Positions 48,996-64,000 of a DNA stretch of 64,000 nucleotides are shown piece by piece. The first letter of the stretch is position 1, and each line of letters starts with the position of its first letter. This DNA comes from Azolla caroliniana (taxonomy: Eukaryota; Plantae; Polypodiophyta): the NCBI GenBank assembly GCA_043228905.1, contig JBHGNT010000017.1, positions 14,322,001-14,386,000 of the forward strand, given 5' to 3'. The position numbers were made by a program, and so were the translations under genes. The notes beneath the pieces were generated by a model that was not told the DNA's origin, ran no database searches, and was given only the letters and a program-made list of their open reading frames with translations.

Positions 48996-51900
48996 TGTCG
49001 CGAAAATACGACAAGGATATGTGAACTTGAGGCAGGACCCCAGGACCTCCAACCAGAGGATATCAAATTCCTATGTAAGAATTAATGGAAATCAGAAAAT
49101 TTAATATTTTTCATTACCAAAGGAAAAGAAAAATTACAATCAATCCCCAAGATTGGGATTACATAAGTTTAGGTTTAGTAAGATATGGCTTGAATAAGAA
49201 AATTAAGACTTTTGGCTTCGATTGGAGATTTAGGGATTATGAGTGATAGATTCTATGAGGAAATTAGGGGTTTTTTTGTGATCGCTTCCTTGATTGATAG
49301 ATAGAACCCCCCCCCCCCCCCCCCCCCCCAAAAGCCAAACTAGGATTCCCTTCCCCTTGAGAGATAGGTTTTTCCTTTTTTCTCCCAATCCATTGCATGC
49401 ATCCCACATGGCGTTTTCTTTAGTTGTATCGCCTCCACCTTTTCTTTGCATGCCTTTTCACATGACCTTTACTTTATGCATGCCCTCCAACTTCAGTTGC
49501 ATGTGTCCACATGGCCTTTACTTTAGTTTAGTTTACTTTGCTTTAACTCGGCGCATTATCTAATCATTCGCCCGTCTCAATCGCCGCCCATCCAATCTGT
49601 CCGATCCACATCTAGCCTCGTCCGGTCGCCGGTTCCACCCGATCGATGGTTCCGTCGCCCTTCGGTTTCTAACTCCGCCCGGTTGCTGGTTCTGTTTAGT
49701 CGTAGGTTCCGTCCGGTTGCTGGTTTCCGATTGCCAGCTCTGCCCAGTCGCCGGTTTCTAGCTTCATTCCAGTTGCTTGCTCCGACAGGTTGCCGGTTGC
49801 CAACCAATTCCTGGTTCCATCGCTGGCCGATTCCGGTTTCATCATTAACCGGTTCCAATTTCATTGCTGGCCGGTTTCGGGAACTTAGCCACATCCATCC
49901 ATTTAGACAAAGTGGCCAAGCCCAACTATTTCTTTTGTGCTCTCAACACATAGATGAAAAATGATGGTTCTCAATCAACTTATATAGCTAACTCCTAAAG
50001 TTTCCTATCTATGCGGGATATTTCAAAATTCTATTTTCTTTATCTTCTCAAACTTCATGTCCACATAACTTGATATGTAGTTGTCCATTTTATATGTAGT
50101 AAAATGCGTTTTCAAGCTCTTGAGTAAATCCATCTTTCTATAACAAGCCATTAATCTAATCTAAAATAATTATTTCATTATTTTTTTACATAGTGTGTGA
50201 AGATTTACACGACATTCTCCCCCACCAAACTTGCAAATCCACCGGTATGTGCCAATTTTGGTGAGGCTCCACTAAATTAGATTACTATACTTTTTCGTCG
50301 ATGCCCAAGACAAAATCGTCAAAAGCTTCGAATCCAATTTCTATTCTATCTCTTCTCTTGAAGATCTTGATTCTTTTCCCGGCAATTGGCAAGGCAAGTG
50401 GTGTACCATCCAGTTCTACTAAACGATATGTTGCATTATCTTCCACTTTCTTCACCACATATGGTCCAAACCATCATTGTGAAAATTTTCGAGCCATACT
50501 ATGTTGGTTGTCTAGGCTACTGTCGTAGACTAGCACCCAATATCCTTCAACGATTTTCCTCGGACGAAGTCGATGTCGTTTATCGAAGTCTTTCTTGTTC
50601 TTTAGCCGCGCTTTAGCCACTTCTATATCTTCCAAATTCCGCTCCAACTGTCGAATCCTCAATGCTAGAAGATCTTCTCTACTTATGTCATCTTGCCATG
50701 GCAATGCAAACCATGAAATAATACTTTGTTCTACAGGCATTATCGGCTTCTGTTCGAATATGAGCTATGCCGGCATGTATCCCGTCACCGTGTTATGAGT
50801 AGTCCTGTCAGCCCATAGTGCAAATGGCAATAGACGCAGCCATTCTCCTATTTTCCCATGGCAAGCTTTCACTAGAGCCTTCACAATCAGTCCATGTCCA
50901 TGTTCCACTTTCCCATTTGCTTCCGGATTATATGCCATGGTAAGAGATAATTTGATTCCCATCCTAGAGAAGAATTCTCTAGCTTCATTGGCGTCCAGCT
51001 CGCCTCTATCAGCCACTATCTTGTCGACGCATCCATATCTGCAAATAACATCTTCAAGAAGGAATTTGCATACTGATGATGTTTCTTTAGTTCTCAATGC
51101 TCGCTCTTCAACTTGATTGGTAAGATCTTCTCTTGCGAGCACAAGATACCTCATCTGCCATTGCCCCATTGGCATCATTATGATGTCTACCATCCACTTG
51201 TAATGCATAGCCAGTCGGATGAAGCTCATCTCGATGGAGAACATTCAAAAATATTTGACATTCCTTACATGTTTCCAAATAAGCTACTACATCTTCGTAG
51301 ATGCACGGCCACCAATATTTCTCCTTAAGCTTCACAAACGTAGCCCATATTATTCGATGGCCTGCAAAAACACTATCATGAAATTCAGACATTAGTTTTT
51401 GTCAGTCTTCTAGCTTGCAGACAACTCTCATTAGAGTCCCATTCTTCTTTTTTGCATGCCTCCAAAGAGCTCCATCCTTAAGGAAATACTTGTATAAGTT
51501 CTTCCGAATTCGATGGAAGTCTTCCGTCGACCATGATTCATCTTTTTGGAGAGAACTCAAGTATTTCCCTATCTCCACGAATTCGCCTTCGTAGTCCTCT
51601 TCTATGAAAGTAGTCAGCACCCGAGTGTAGGAACTTGTAAAGAAATCCAAGCCAACATCCTCTTCATCAGAATGTCGATCTTCTTCTCCGTCGTATCTCG
51701 CTCGTGATAGCATGTTTGCAATGACATTACGCTTCCCAACTACATGATGGATCTCCGGGTTAAGTGATTTGATATATGCAATCCAACTCAACATGGCAAT
51801 ATCTGGTGTATTACAACCAGATATCATACCCAAAATTGGTAGGCAATCTATCTCAATTATGACTTCTCCTCCAATAAGGTAATCACGATCAGATTTGATT

Positions 51901-53557
51901 GCCGAGACGATTCCCCTTAGCTCCCTCTTCACTTGGGCATACCTTCTTTGCCTGTCACTTAACACTTTCGCGCCAAACCAAATTACATATCGATTGCAAT
52001 CTTCGTCTTCTTGGTTGATAACCCATCCGATTCCGATTGGACTAGTATCCACGGTCACGAAAATGGGCTTGCCGTATGAATAGTCCGCTTTCCGTAATGC
52101 AGGTGCCTCCATCAATAATTTCTTCAGCCTTCAGATGACGATTGTATGCTCACTCGTCCATTCGAACCTCCGCTTATTCTTTAGTATACCATGAATCCAA
52201 ATATGATAAAACGCACATGCTCCAAGGAACCTTAGAACCTCTGTTTGGGTTACACATTCTTATTTCATGTCTTGGATTGCATTCACCTTGGATGGCGAAG
52301 GCTTCCGACCATATGCTCCACACAAGTGACCTACCACCAAGATCGGTTGTCTGAATGCGGATTTTTCTCTCAAAAATGTCAAATTCGCATCTTTGAGCCT
52401 TTGGAGCACCTTCTCGCAATCTTTCATATGATCCACGATGAACTTTCTGCATCCATCCTTATCTTTTGATTCATCCTTCTCTTCATCCAAACATCTTTTT
52501 ATCGGGATATCATCCAAGAATGGCATCGTGATATCCGGGATGCAATCCTTCAAGACCTTGTTCATGGCATTCACCATATGAGCCACCGAGTTCGTTGCAC
52601 CTTGAGGTAAGGTACACATCCGCACAAGCCCGATTGGAGTCCTCATGGTTGTAATGTCACGACTGTTGACCGCCAACTGGAATTGATTGTAGCCAGAGTA
52701 GAGATCGCCAATGGAGTAGATGGACTGGCCCGCAAACGCCTCGGCCAATTCATCCACACTCGAACCAATTCCAGCATTCCGAATTGTCACCTTGTTGACG
52801 GGTTGAAGATCTTGAATGAATCGCAACGATCCATTCTTCTTTGGCATTATGAACTACCTATTAGAATAAGGAGCATTCGACGGTTCTAGAATTCCCATAT
52901 TCACCTTCTCCTTTAAGAGCTTGATCAGTTTCGGTAGGTGTGCTCTTGGAACCGGTATCGGTTTCAAATTCCAAGGCACATGCGGCACCGTGAAGATCAT
53001 CATTGGCTCTATAATCTTTGGGTCGGCACATCCAATTTCTTGGGGAGAGAACGCGAAGGCTTTCCCATGTCTTTCAAGCATTTCATGAAACTTTCGCTCC
53101 TCTTCAGAGAGGAGGAAATCCTCCTTTTCGACTCGTAGCTTTCTTTTCGTCTCTTTGGTGAAGACGTGACCAATTGTATTTGGATTCCTTAATCTTGGAT
53201 CTTTTGCAACTTCCTTCATCTTTTGCCAGCTATCTTCCGGTAGTGGAATTGCAACTGGCTTGATCTTCCTATCCACGGTTTTATATTTTGTGTTGACTTC
53301 AACTTCCTCCATTAAGATGCCTCGATGATATTCATCGATGATAGCGTACATGTTGACAGAGTTAACCGAAATCATATGTTGATGGTGAGGATAGCTCAAG
53401 TCCACGACTTCCTCGATTTTGCCGATGTTGTCGTTAAATGAGGCTTCCTCCAGAATATGAGACATGAATTCCTCTTCTTTGATTATGCTTTCTTCTTTCA
53501 ACACCTTCTCAAAGTGTTGTATCCGACACTTGTCCTTCTTGTTGAGTAGTCTTAATT
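48996..53557 (-). mobile_element. Ty3/gypsy non-chromovirus element (RT, RNase H, integrase, PPT, 3' LTR 48996-50214), 5' part displaced
   Basis: RT FIQDLQPVNKVTIRNAG...TLPQGATNS...PFLDDIPIK; RNase H VTVDTSPIGIG; integrase IVADRGE, YNPEANGKVE. PPT reverse complement ttctcccccacc at 50215. LTR matches 54593-55873. Confidence 0.92.
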
Positions 53558-56537
<2,980 letters not shown>

Positions 56538-58099
56538 TGTCGAATACGAGTGTATAATGGCCGTATTCACACTGTCCCTTTGGACAGCCCAAGTTCAGGC
56601 TATTTTTGTAAATAGCATAAAGGGTAGTTGCCCTAGGATAATCACTATATAAAGTGACTTTGTAACCTTTAGTGAAGGTTGGTTGTAATTTGTAACTGTT
56701 GCTATTGGAATATAACGTTTCCTTTGTGCCTCTCTCTCTCTCTCCCCCTCTGTGTCTATCTTGCTCATGCATACACAGGTTCTTCTTCATCACGAATGTT
56801 GCTTGCACTTCCGCATTGAAGGCCTTGTCCCCACCATTTGGTATCAGAGCGTTGGAGATTCTTCAACCCGTTGCCGGCCATCATCGCACAACACAACATT
56901 CTGTTTTCGTTTTCTTTGAAGAACAGAGAAGGGAGAAGAAAAATAAGAAGCTCGCATCTCACTGTGTTAAATAAAAAATTGGAGTATGCCAGTCGGTTGT
57001 ACTCTGTTCCTGTGATTGTAACCGCTTGAGGGGAGCTCCTTGAGGAACAACCAACCCAATCGTGCTTCATTCGGCTAAACAACATCCAAATAGGTCACCA
57101 GACGCTATTCACCCGCTTGCTATAACCACCCACTACAGATTGGTCTCCTGGCAACAACCACTTCGTGCTTCACTCGGCTGATCGACATTCGGGAGGATCA
57201 GTTGGATCCGTCCCTCTCATTGTTGTAGTCATCCGAAGCAGAATCGGCCCAAACAATCGGTTTCGTGTAATCGGTATTCGGCATACAATCAGAAGCTAAC
57301 CGGGCTCACTTCGACTCGGCAACATTCAGGAAGACTAGCCGGTTCTGTCCCTCAAGTTACCGGAGTCACTCCAAGCAAGTTTAGCAACAAGTATCCGAAA
57401 CCAAACCGACGAGAACGATATCGGGTGAGCCGATCGGCTGCACCCCACTAAGGTTCGTAGTCAACTCCGAACCAAGTCTTACCAACCGAAACAGAAGTAG
57501 ATGGCATCAACATCCAGCTCATCGGAGATGAGTCTAAGGAGGTTCGATGGTTCGAACTTCAACTTCTGGAAGGAACAAATGCAGGATTATCTCATAGTCA
57601 AGGGTCAGATAGACCCGATTGAGAATGAAAATCCTCTAGAAGCATACAAGGCAAACGAGTGGCTAAAGCTGGACAGAATCGTTCGCGCCACGATTCGGAT
57701 GCACTTGTCAGAGTCAGTGTACTTCACAATGCAATCATGCACGATAGCGTTTGAACTTTGGAAAACACTGTCGGAAACTTATGAAAAGAAGGTTGCCGCA
57801 ACGAAGATGTATCTGATCTGGCGCCTCTACAACTTGCGGATGAACGAATCTGATTTGGTTTAGGCACACCTCAATGAGTGCAAAAGCATAAGCTCCCAAA
57901 TCTTGTCTCAGGCGACGACAATCGAGGATGAACTCAGAGCAATGATACTCATGAGTAGTCTCCCCTCTTCATGGGAAACTTTCGTTACAACCGTGTGCAA
58001 TGCTTCAACAGCTGCAGTTAAGTACTCCGAAGTCACGAGCGCAATCCTGACTGAAGCAGCTCGAAGAAAGTCTTTCGCCAAAGACTCGGCAGATGAAGC
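56538..58099 (+). mobile_element. 5' part of another Ty1/copia (LTR 56538-56836, PBS 56839-56850, long leader, gag 57501-58099)
   Basis: TGTCG...CACCA ends; TGGTATCAGAGC; gag RRFDGSNFNFWKEQMQDYL, SSLPSSWETFVT. Confidence 0.9.
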
Positions 58100-61000
58100 T
58101 GTTAACTCTTCGGGCCGGACAATGGCCTAACACAGGGTGTCTACGGGAGACACTTCACCAAAGGGTGTTACGGCAACCGGATTCGACTTCAACGCTTAAT
58201 CCGACTTAATCAAGTTACTTATTAGGATCTTCTTCATAACACGCGTAAGATATAACAATTAAGATAGAACGGCAATTAACACAGAGATATAACAACGCTT
58301 AAGCTTTCATTAATTAGCCGCTAACTATTACATTGTATCCGGGCCTTTAAATAGGTTTCCGGTCTGTATTACAAAACGGTGCCCTCCGCACCTGTTCGGG
58401 ATCGGTCCGGATCCGGAACGGCATACCGTTTTGGTCCGTCTGTCCACACTCATAGCTTAATTACAACCACATTCCTACTACTTAATTAGCTCTCTATTTC
58501 CCACTCTGGACTCCTTTCCCGGCCGGTAACACATGGCACGCCCGTGGGACAGTACCTTGTACGTCGAATCCACAACCGACCCTTGCTATTCTTCGTCCAA
58601 AATGTCCAGAATGCTTTGTTCGAGAGGCTCCAATGGTTCATCTAGAAGTGGTTGTTGTTGTTGCTGCTCTGTTGCTGTCTACTGTGGCGGGTCCGTTGGT
58701 GGTTGCTGCGGCTGCTCCTCCGGTTGTGGCTCTGACACCGGCGTCGTTGTCGTTGCTCCCTGCGTCGTGGTGGTCTCCGGTTGACTGGTTCCCGGCTGGC
58801 CCTCAACCGGCGACGGTTCCTCATCACTAAGGTTAACCATTGTCGCTTCCCGTGCTTTTTCTTCCCGCACCCTGGACCACTCGTAGCTTTCAAACTGGAT
58901 TTGAGCATCCAGCCTATCATCGTCCAGCTGAGCTATGAGCTGCTTGACCTGCGCCAGCTGTTCATCTGCCAGGACTTGGAAGTCGTCGGCCAACTCGTCC
59001 CGTATGGCGGTGAAGTCCTCGGAAGTCAATGTATAACAGTCATCTCCTTCCTTCCGCCGGTTTGCCACATCCGCCCGTAGCAACTGGAGTTCCGCCGCGT
59101 TTTGTGCCCACTTTGTCCACCATTTTATGGAGCTTTCATCAATCAAGTGTTTTGTCTGATTCAGCCATGCCCGGAGAATGGACTGAGTCCGGCTCGTTCC
59201 CAATTGCGATTTGGTTTCCGCCGCTTGCCGTTCCTCCTTCAGTTGTTTGATGATTTTGACGTTGTCCTCCGCCTGCGCCTTGTAATGCGTCAATTGCCTT
59301 TGATATGTGCTTTGTAATTTCTGCAATACTGTTGACGCTCTCTCTTTGTCTTCCTGCTGCTGCTTCTGGAGCTCCATCCGGACCTTCTCCGCCTCTTCCA
59401 AGCGTCTTGTATTTTCCGCCCGTTCGTCGGCGATCGCCGTCGCGGCCCGATCAACTGCCTGCTGGAGCTCGGCCATCCGTTCTTTATGCTCCGTTTCCAG
59501 CCGTTTGTAGTCCTGGTGCAGGTGCTCAAAATCATCCGTCTTTTGCTTGAGTCGTGCGTTGATCTGACGATGGGCCCGGTCCTCACGGTCCTTCTGCTGG
59601 CGGAGCTCTTCCTTTAGCCGTTCAATCTCTGTTTCCGTCGTTTTCCGCAGCTTGTCCTTTTCCTGCAGCACTTTGTCTCTCTCCTCCTTTAGCCGGTCGT
59701 ACGCCTGATGGCCTTTCCGGAGGCTCTCCTCTACCCGGCGGAGGTTCTCAGCAGTCTTCTTTAATTCGGCTTCGGCCGCCGTCTTCAATTCTTGTTCATG
59801 GCTCCTTAGCGCTTCTTGTGCGGCAAGTTCCTCTCTCAATTCCGCAAGCTCCTGAGCTTGCGCCGCCTCTCTCGCCGGAACGGTTTCTGTTGCCGGGGTC
59901 TTATTGCTATGTACAAGTCGTTCCGTTTCATTATTCTGTACACTTACCGGAGTCACCGGTGATTGGATCCGTATTTTGGCCATCTCTGTTGTGACCTGAT
60001 CCAAGTCTTTTTCAAGGCACCGGATTCTGGACCGGGCCGTCTCTAGTTGTTCGGTTGTGACGAGCAACCGTTCGCTTTGCGCTGTTTCTTCCGCCTCTAT
60101 ATACCCCACTGCTCCGACTATCTGTTCGCCTATCCACCGGAGCCACAGGTTACCGGTGCCTTGTTGTGCTTGCACGGAGGTTTGATAGATGGGCTCACTT
60201 GTAGAGGGGTGGTCCCGCCTGGTTGCGCCGAGTTGCAGTTCCGTTTCTGCCCGTGGACCATCCTGCTGTCCTGGTTCCCCTTGCGCTTCTTCTTGGCTGA
60301 CCGAGGGAGGCTGCAGTGACCTTTCCGGCTCTGGCGGGATGGGACTTGCCGGTGTTGCCGGTGGTGCCGGGGCTTCTGTTTCCGGTGCCATCTGTACCGG
60401 TTCCGGTCCCTTCCTTGGCGTGGGAGTCTCAGTATGGGGAGCCGGTGTTCCCTCCGTCTGAGGGTCCGAACGTTTCCCAGCTGTCTCAACGGTCCTTGCC
60501 GACGACTGTCGTTGGAGGTGCTCCGTAGGCTCCTCCTCTATTTCCTCCTCCTGAGCTCCGGCATTGAGTTTTGCCGCCAAGGGGTCCACTTCTCGATTCA
60601 CCGGTCGGCGGAGTGTGACCTTTACGGGCCGTGCCGGTGGTTCCTCGTGCGCCTCCGTTGGGCGCTTCCGGCTTCCGCTTCCTGCTGCCGCCTGTTCTGC
60701 ATCCACCGCCTGTTCGGCATCCACCGCCTTTCCCTTACTGGCCTTAGAGGCCAACAGATGTTGCCGTTTGGAAGCCGTCCTTGGGGTGCCGTCCGGCACT
60801 CTTCCTCGCTTCTTGGGCTGGACGGTCTGAACGGGTGGCACCAGCAAGGTGAGCCACTGCGTTACGGCGTGCCATATCCTTCGTCCGTCTCGGCCTTCTT
60901 TGCCGTCTTTGCCTCTGACGATCTCGATCGCCGCACACAACCCGTCTGCAATCAATACCGGCCAATCCACCTTGATCCCTTCATAGGTGGCGATGATCAT

Positions 61001-64000
61001 CCCTGCCCGGTTCTGCGGCATGACAGGGGGTCTAGGGTACATGTGGTCGTATTCATGGAGCACACGAGCAATTTCGCGGAACAACATATCCCCGCCGCCC
61101 TGTGTCCGGTAGCCGTTGCTGGCTAGAGAGTACTCACCAAAATACCTGATGAGTTGCTCCGGGGTTGGATTGTCGATCGTGAGTATGCCTCCCTCCGGAA
61201 GGCCTGTTAACGCTCGAATCGCCTCTGCCGTTATGACCTCTGTATCAATTTCCTTGATCACTTTGTCAGCTTCTTTGTGTGGCGGTACTTCCATCATCAT
61301 CAAGAAGCCCTCGAGCTCGTGTTGCTTCAGCCATGTCTTGGCGGCTTCCAACAGCGTTTGCGGGTCCATCTCTGTGTCGGGGTCGGATTGCGGTGGCGAG
61401 GATGGATGGTGATGAGAGTGGGGTTGAGAAAGAGAGAGTTTAGAAGGCGGGGGTTCTCTGTGCGCAGGTTCTCGTCTGATGATCTTGCAGCGTTTCGGTT
61501 CTTCTGTGCTCCTGGGTTCGCGAAAGTAGAGGGTCTCTACGCGCAATGGTTTTTGTCTGTGCATTCTGGCGCCTTTTTCGAGTTTGTGCATGTCGCGTAC
61601 TTAAAATAGCATTATGTCCTGTGGTGGCGCTTTAAATGCCCACTACGTACCTTTTCGCTCCACGCTCTTTCATCCATTCGTTCCTCGCTTTTGCATGATT
61701 GTTTTTTCATTCCTCGCTTTTATTTATTTATTTATTTATTTATTTTTATAACAGTTATTATTATTATTATTGTGACGTCACTTGTCCGTTGGTCCTCCCG
61801 GACCCTTACCGGCCTCGTTCTCCCCAGTTACCGGCTCGCCTTCCCTACCGTCTTGGTGGTTGCTGTCGGTCCTTTGCTCAAACGGGTTCTTAGGCATCGG
61901 TCCTCTATATGCCTTTAACCGGAATCCGTTGACCCATTTGCCCAGCACTTCGCCGGCAAGTGTCCCCAACTGGTAGGACCCATTATACTCCCGTGTTAGC
62001 CAATATGGTCCGGTCCATCTAAACCTTAGTTTACCCGGCATCTTGCCCATCCGGGTTTGGAATACTAATACCGGTTTGCCGATTACGAACATTTTTTCGT
62101 TACCTTTCCTGTGCCGGTCGACGAATGCTTTCCGTCGCCGTTGCTCCAATTCTAAATGTAGGATGCTGGCCAACCGTTGCTCCTCCAACTCACACAGCGC
62201 TGTCAACCTTATTGTCTCCGACTCCTTCTCGTTCAGCCATTCTCGTAGCTGGATCCGTAAGCTAGGTACTTGAAATTCTACCGGCATGACCGCCTCGAGT
62301 CCAAATGCTAACCGGAACGGTGTTGTTCGGATGCTCGTTTTGTATGCCGTCCGGTATGCCCAAAGCGCGCTATGTAGCTTTGTGTCCCAATCCGTCCGGT
62401 TCTCGTTGACGATCTTCTGAAGGATATTCTGGAGCGTCTTGTTTGTTGATTCCGCTAATCCGTTCGCCTGTGGATAGTAAGGTGTGCTTCGTTTGTGGAC
62501 CACGACATAGAAGGTCGTTAGGCTTTCTACTACTTGTCCGAGAAAGTGCCCCCCTTGGTCACTTATCAATTCAATGGGGCATCCGTAACGGCACCAGATG
62601 TACTCATATAGAAACTTTGCAGTTGACGCAACAATGTTATCCCGTAAAGCTTTGGCCTCCACCCATTTCGTGGTGTAATTCGTAGCAACGATAACGTACC
62701 GATAACCCGTTCTCATTGCCGGTGGCTTGAATGGTCCTACAAAGTCCAGCCCCCACTTTTGGAATGGCTCGAGTGGTAGTACCGGCTGGTGTGGCATACG
62801 AGCCTGCTCCGTTGGCTGGCCCATTCTCTGGCATAGGTCACATTCTTTTCGTACCGTACCGCATCTCTTAATGTCGTTGGCCACCATAAGCCACTTTGCC
62901 ATATTTTCCTGGCCGTCGCATCTCCGGCATAGTGACCTCCGGCCACTCCGCAGTGGGCTTCCCTCAGTATCAGTTCCTTTTCATCATTGCGCACCGCCCG
63001 TCTCCATATGCCGTCAGCGCCCTTGTGGTACAGTGTGTCTTGCAGTAAGCAGAAATGTCGGCTTTGTACCACTAGGCGTTTCCGTTCGTCCCGGTTCAGC
63101 TCTTCCGGAGGCAGTCCTGTGCTCAGAAACTGGTGCATATTTGTGAGCCACTTGTCTTCCTGGGCCACTGTCTCATCTGCTGCCGTCTTCGTAGTGACTC
63201 AAAACAGCTCTACATCCGGAAACTCATCGGCTACTCCGTCACCCGTCTCTCCGGACTCTAATCGGCTTAAGTAATCCGCTACGTCATGCTGTATACTGGG
63301 TCGGTGGAATATTTCAAACTCGAACTCCTGTAACAATAAGGTCCACCGGGCCAATTTGCCGGTGAGTGACGCCTTGGACACTAGGTAAAGGAGTGCCGAA
63401 TGATCTACATGGAAGGAAAACTTCCTTCCCAATAGATAGTGCCGAAACTTTGTCACACTGTAGATCATTCCTAGAGCTTCCCGTTCCGTAGTAGAGTAGT
63501 TCCGTTCTACTTGGGATAGCTTCCGGCTAGCATAGTACACTGGCCGGTACCACTTTGGTTCCGTAAGCTGCATCAGTACGCTTCCGATTGCAATGTCGGA
63601 GGCGTCCACGAACACGTGAAATTCTTTACTCCCATCCGGAGGTTGTACTACCGGTGCCTGCGACAATAGTACCTTGAGGGCCTTATATGCCCTATCCTCA
63701 GTATCGGTCCACTGGAATGGTGTCCGATGTACGGCGACATGCAACGGTGTAGCCAGGTCGGCCAAGTATCGGAGCATCCGGCTGTGCCACCGGATCTGGC
63801 CTAAGAACCGGCTTAATGCCTTTGCCGTTGCCGGCGCCGGTGCTTCTAATATGGCTTTCACTTTGTCCGGGTCGACTGCAATACCTTCCTGGCTCACGAT
63901 ATGTCCTAATAAAGTTCCACTGGACACGCCAAATATGCACTTTGCCGGATTCAAGCTTAGCCGGTACGCTCTACACTTTTCTAGACAAAGACGGAGGTGC
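58100..64000 (-). mobile_element. Ty3/gypsy (Athila/Tat-like non-chromovirus) 3' portion: RT end, RNase H, integrase, extra ORF, 3' LTR 58100-58531
   Basis: ORFs 63199..63954 (FVDASDIAIG, TEREALGM), 62737..63168 and 61778..62902 (WGLDFVGP, ISDQGGHF, WTGPY). LTR has TGTTA...TAACA inverted ends and interrupts copia gag at 58099. Confidence 0.92.
58679..61591 (-). CDS. 970-aa extra ORF of the gypsy element (N-terminal folded region, P/E-rich linker, long coiled coil)
   Basis: Uninterrupted 2.9-kb ORF between integrase and the 3' LTR, same strand as pol; E/K/Q/R-rich heptad-like region at about aa 510-900; no obvious signal peptide or transmembrane segment. Confidence 0.8.
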   Translation of the reverse strand: MHKLEKGARMHRQKPLRVETLYFREPRSTEEPKRCKIIRREPAHREPPPSKLSLSQPHSHHHPSSPPQSDPDTEMDPQTLLEAAKTWLKQHELEGFLMMMEVPPHKEADKVIKEIDTEVITAEAIRALTGLPEGGILTIDNPTPEQLIRYFGEYSLASNGYRTQGGGDMLFREIARVLHEYDHMYPRPPVMPQNRAGMIIATYEGIKVDWPVLIADGLCAAIEIVRGKDGKEGRDGRRIWHAVTQWLTLLVPPVQTVQPKKRGRVPDGTPRTASKRQHLLASKASKGKAVDAEQAVDAEQAAAGSGSRKRPTEAHEEPPARPVKVTLRRPVNREVDPLAAKLNAGAQEEEIEEEPTEHLQRQSSARTVETAGKRSDPQTEGTPAPHTETPTPRKGPEPVQMAPETEAPAPPATPASPIPPEPERSLQPPSVSQEEAQGEPGQQDGPRAETELQLGATRRDHPSTSEPIYQTSVQAQQGTGNLWLRWIGEQIVGAVGYIEAEETAQSERLLVTTEQLETARSRIRCLEKDLDQVTTEMAKIRIQSPVTPVSVQNNETERLVHSNKTPATETVPAREAAQAQELAELREELAAQEALRSHEQELKTAAEAELKKTAENLRRVEESLRKGHQAYDRLKEERDKVLQEKDKLRKTTETEIERLKEELRQQKDREDRAHRQINARLKQKTDDFEHLHQDYKRLETEHKERMAELQQAVDRAATAIADERAENTRRLEEAEKVRMELQKQQQEDKERASTVLQKLQSTYQRQLTHYKAQAEDNVKIIKQLKEERQAAETKSQLGTSRTQSILRAWLNQTKHLIDESSIKWWTKWAQNAAELQLLRADVANRRKEGDDCYTLTSEDFTAIRDELADDFQVLADEQLAQVKQLIAQLDDDRLDAQIQFESYEWSRVREEKAREATMVNLSDEEPSPVEGQPGTSQPETTTTQGATTTTPVSEPQPEEQPQQPPTDPPQ

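Overview
Eukaryotic plant nuclear DNA; the retroelement families suggest a fern or other non-seed plant, which is inference. Most of the window is nested, decayed retrotransposons: many Ty1/copia pieces, three kinds of Ty3/gypsy, and a LINE fragment. A small gene island (about 33.9-39.9 kb) holds two intact, divergently transcribed spliced genes: a nodulin-like/NFD4-type MFS transporter (minus strand, 2 exons, 526 aa) and a group XI secretory phospholipase A2 (plus strand, 4 exons, 190 aa). Signals not explained by the ORF track: (1) An AT-rich tandem array at about 5.9-17.5 kb whose ~600/640-bp units each carry an intron-containing tRNA-Tyr(GUA) sequence. There are 7 copies, all on the minus strand, with alternating long and short units, interrupted by a full-length copia and by end-less gypsy fragments. 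(2) A copia family whose Pol reads through a first PPT-like sequence into a 180-245 aa charged tail with conserved motifs (EFDFGS..EEAEG, PQVELEGEC*), in frame in two diverged copies. (3) An LTR plus PBS remnant flanked by a 113-bp duplication. (4) A gypsy element carrying an intact 970-aa extra ORF while its pol is broken. All coordinates and alignments were read by eye.
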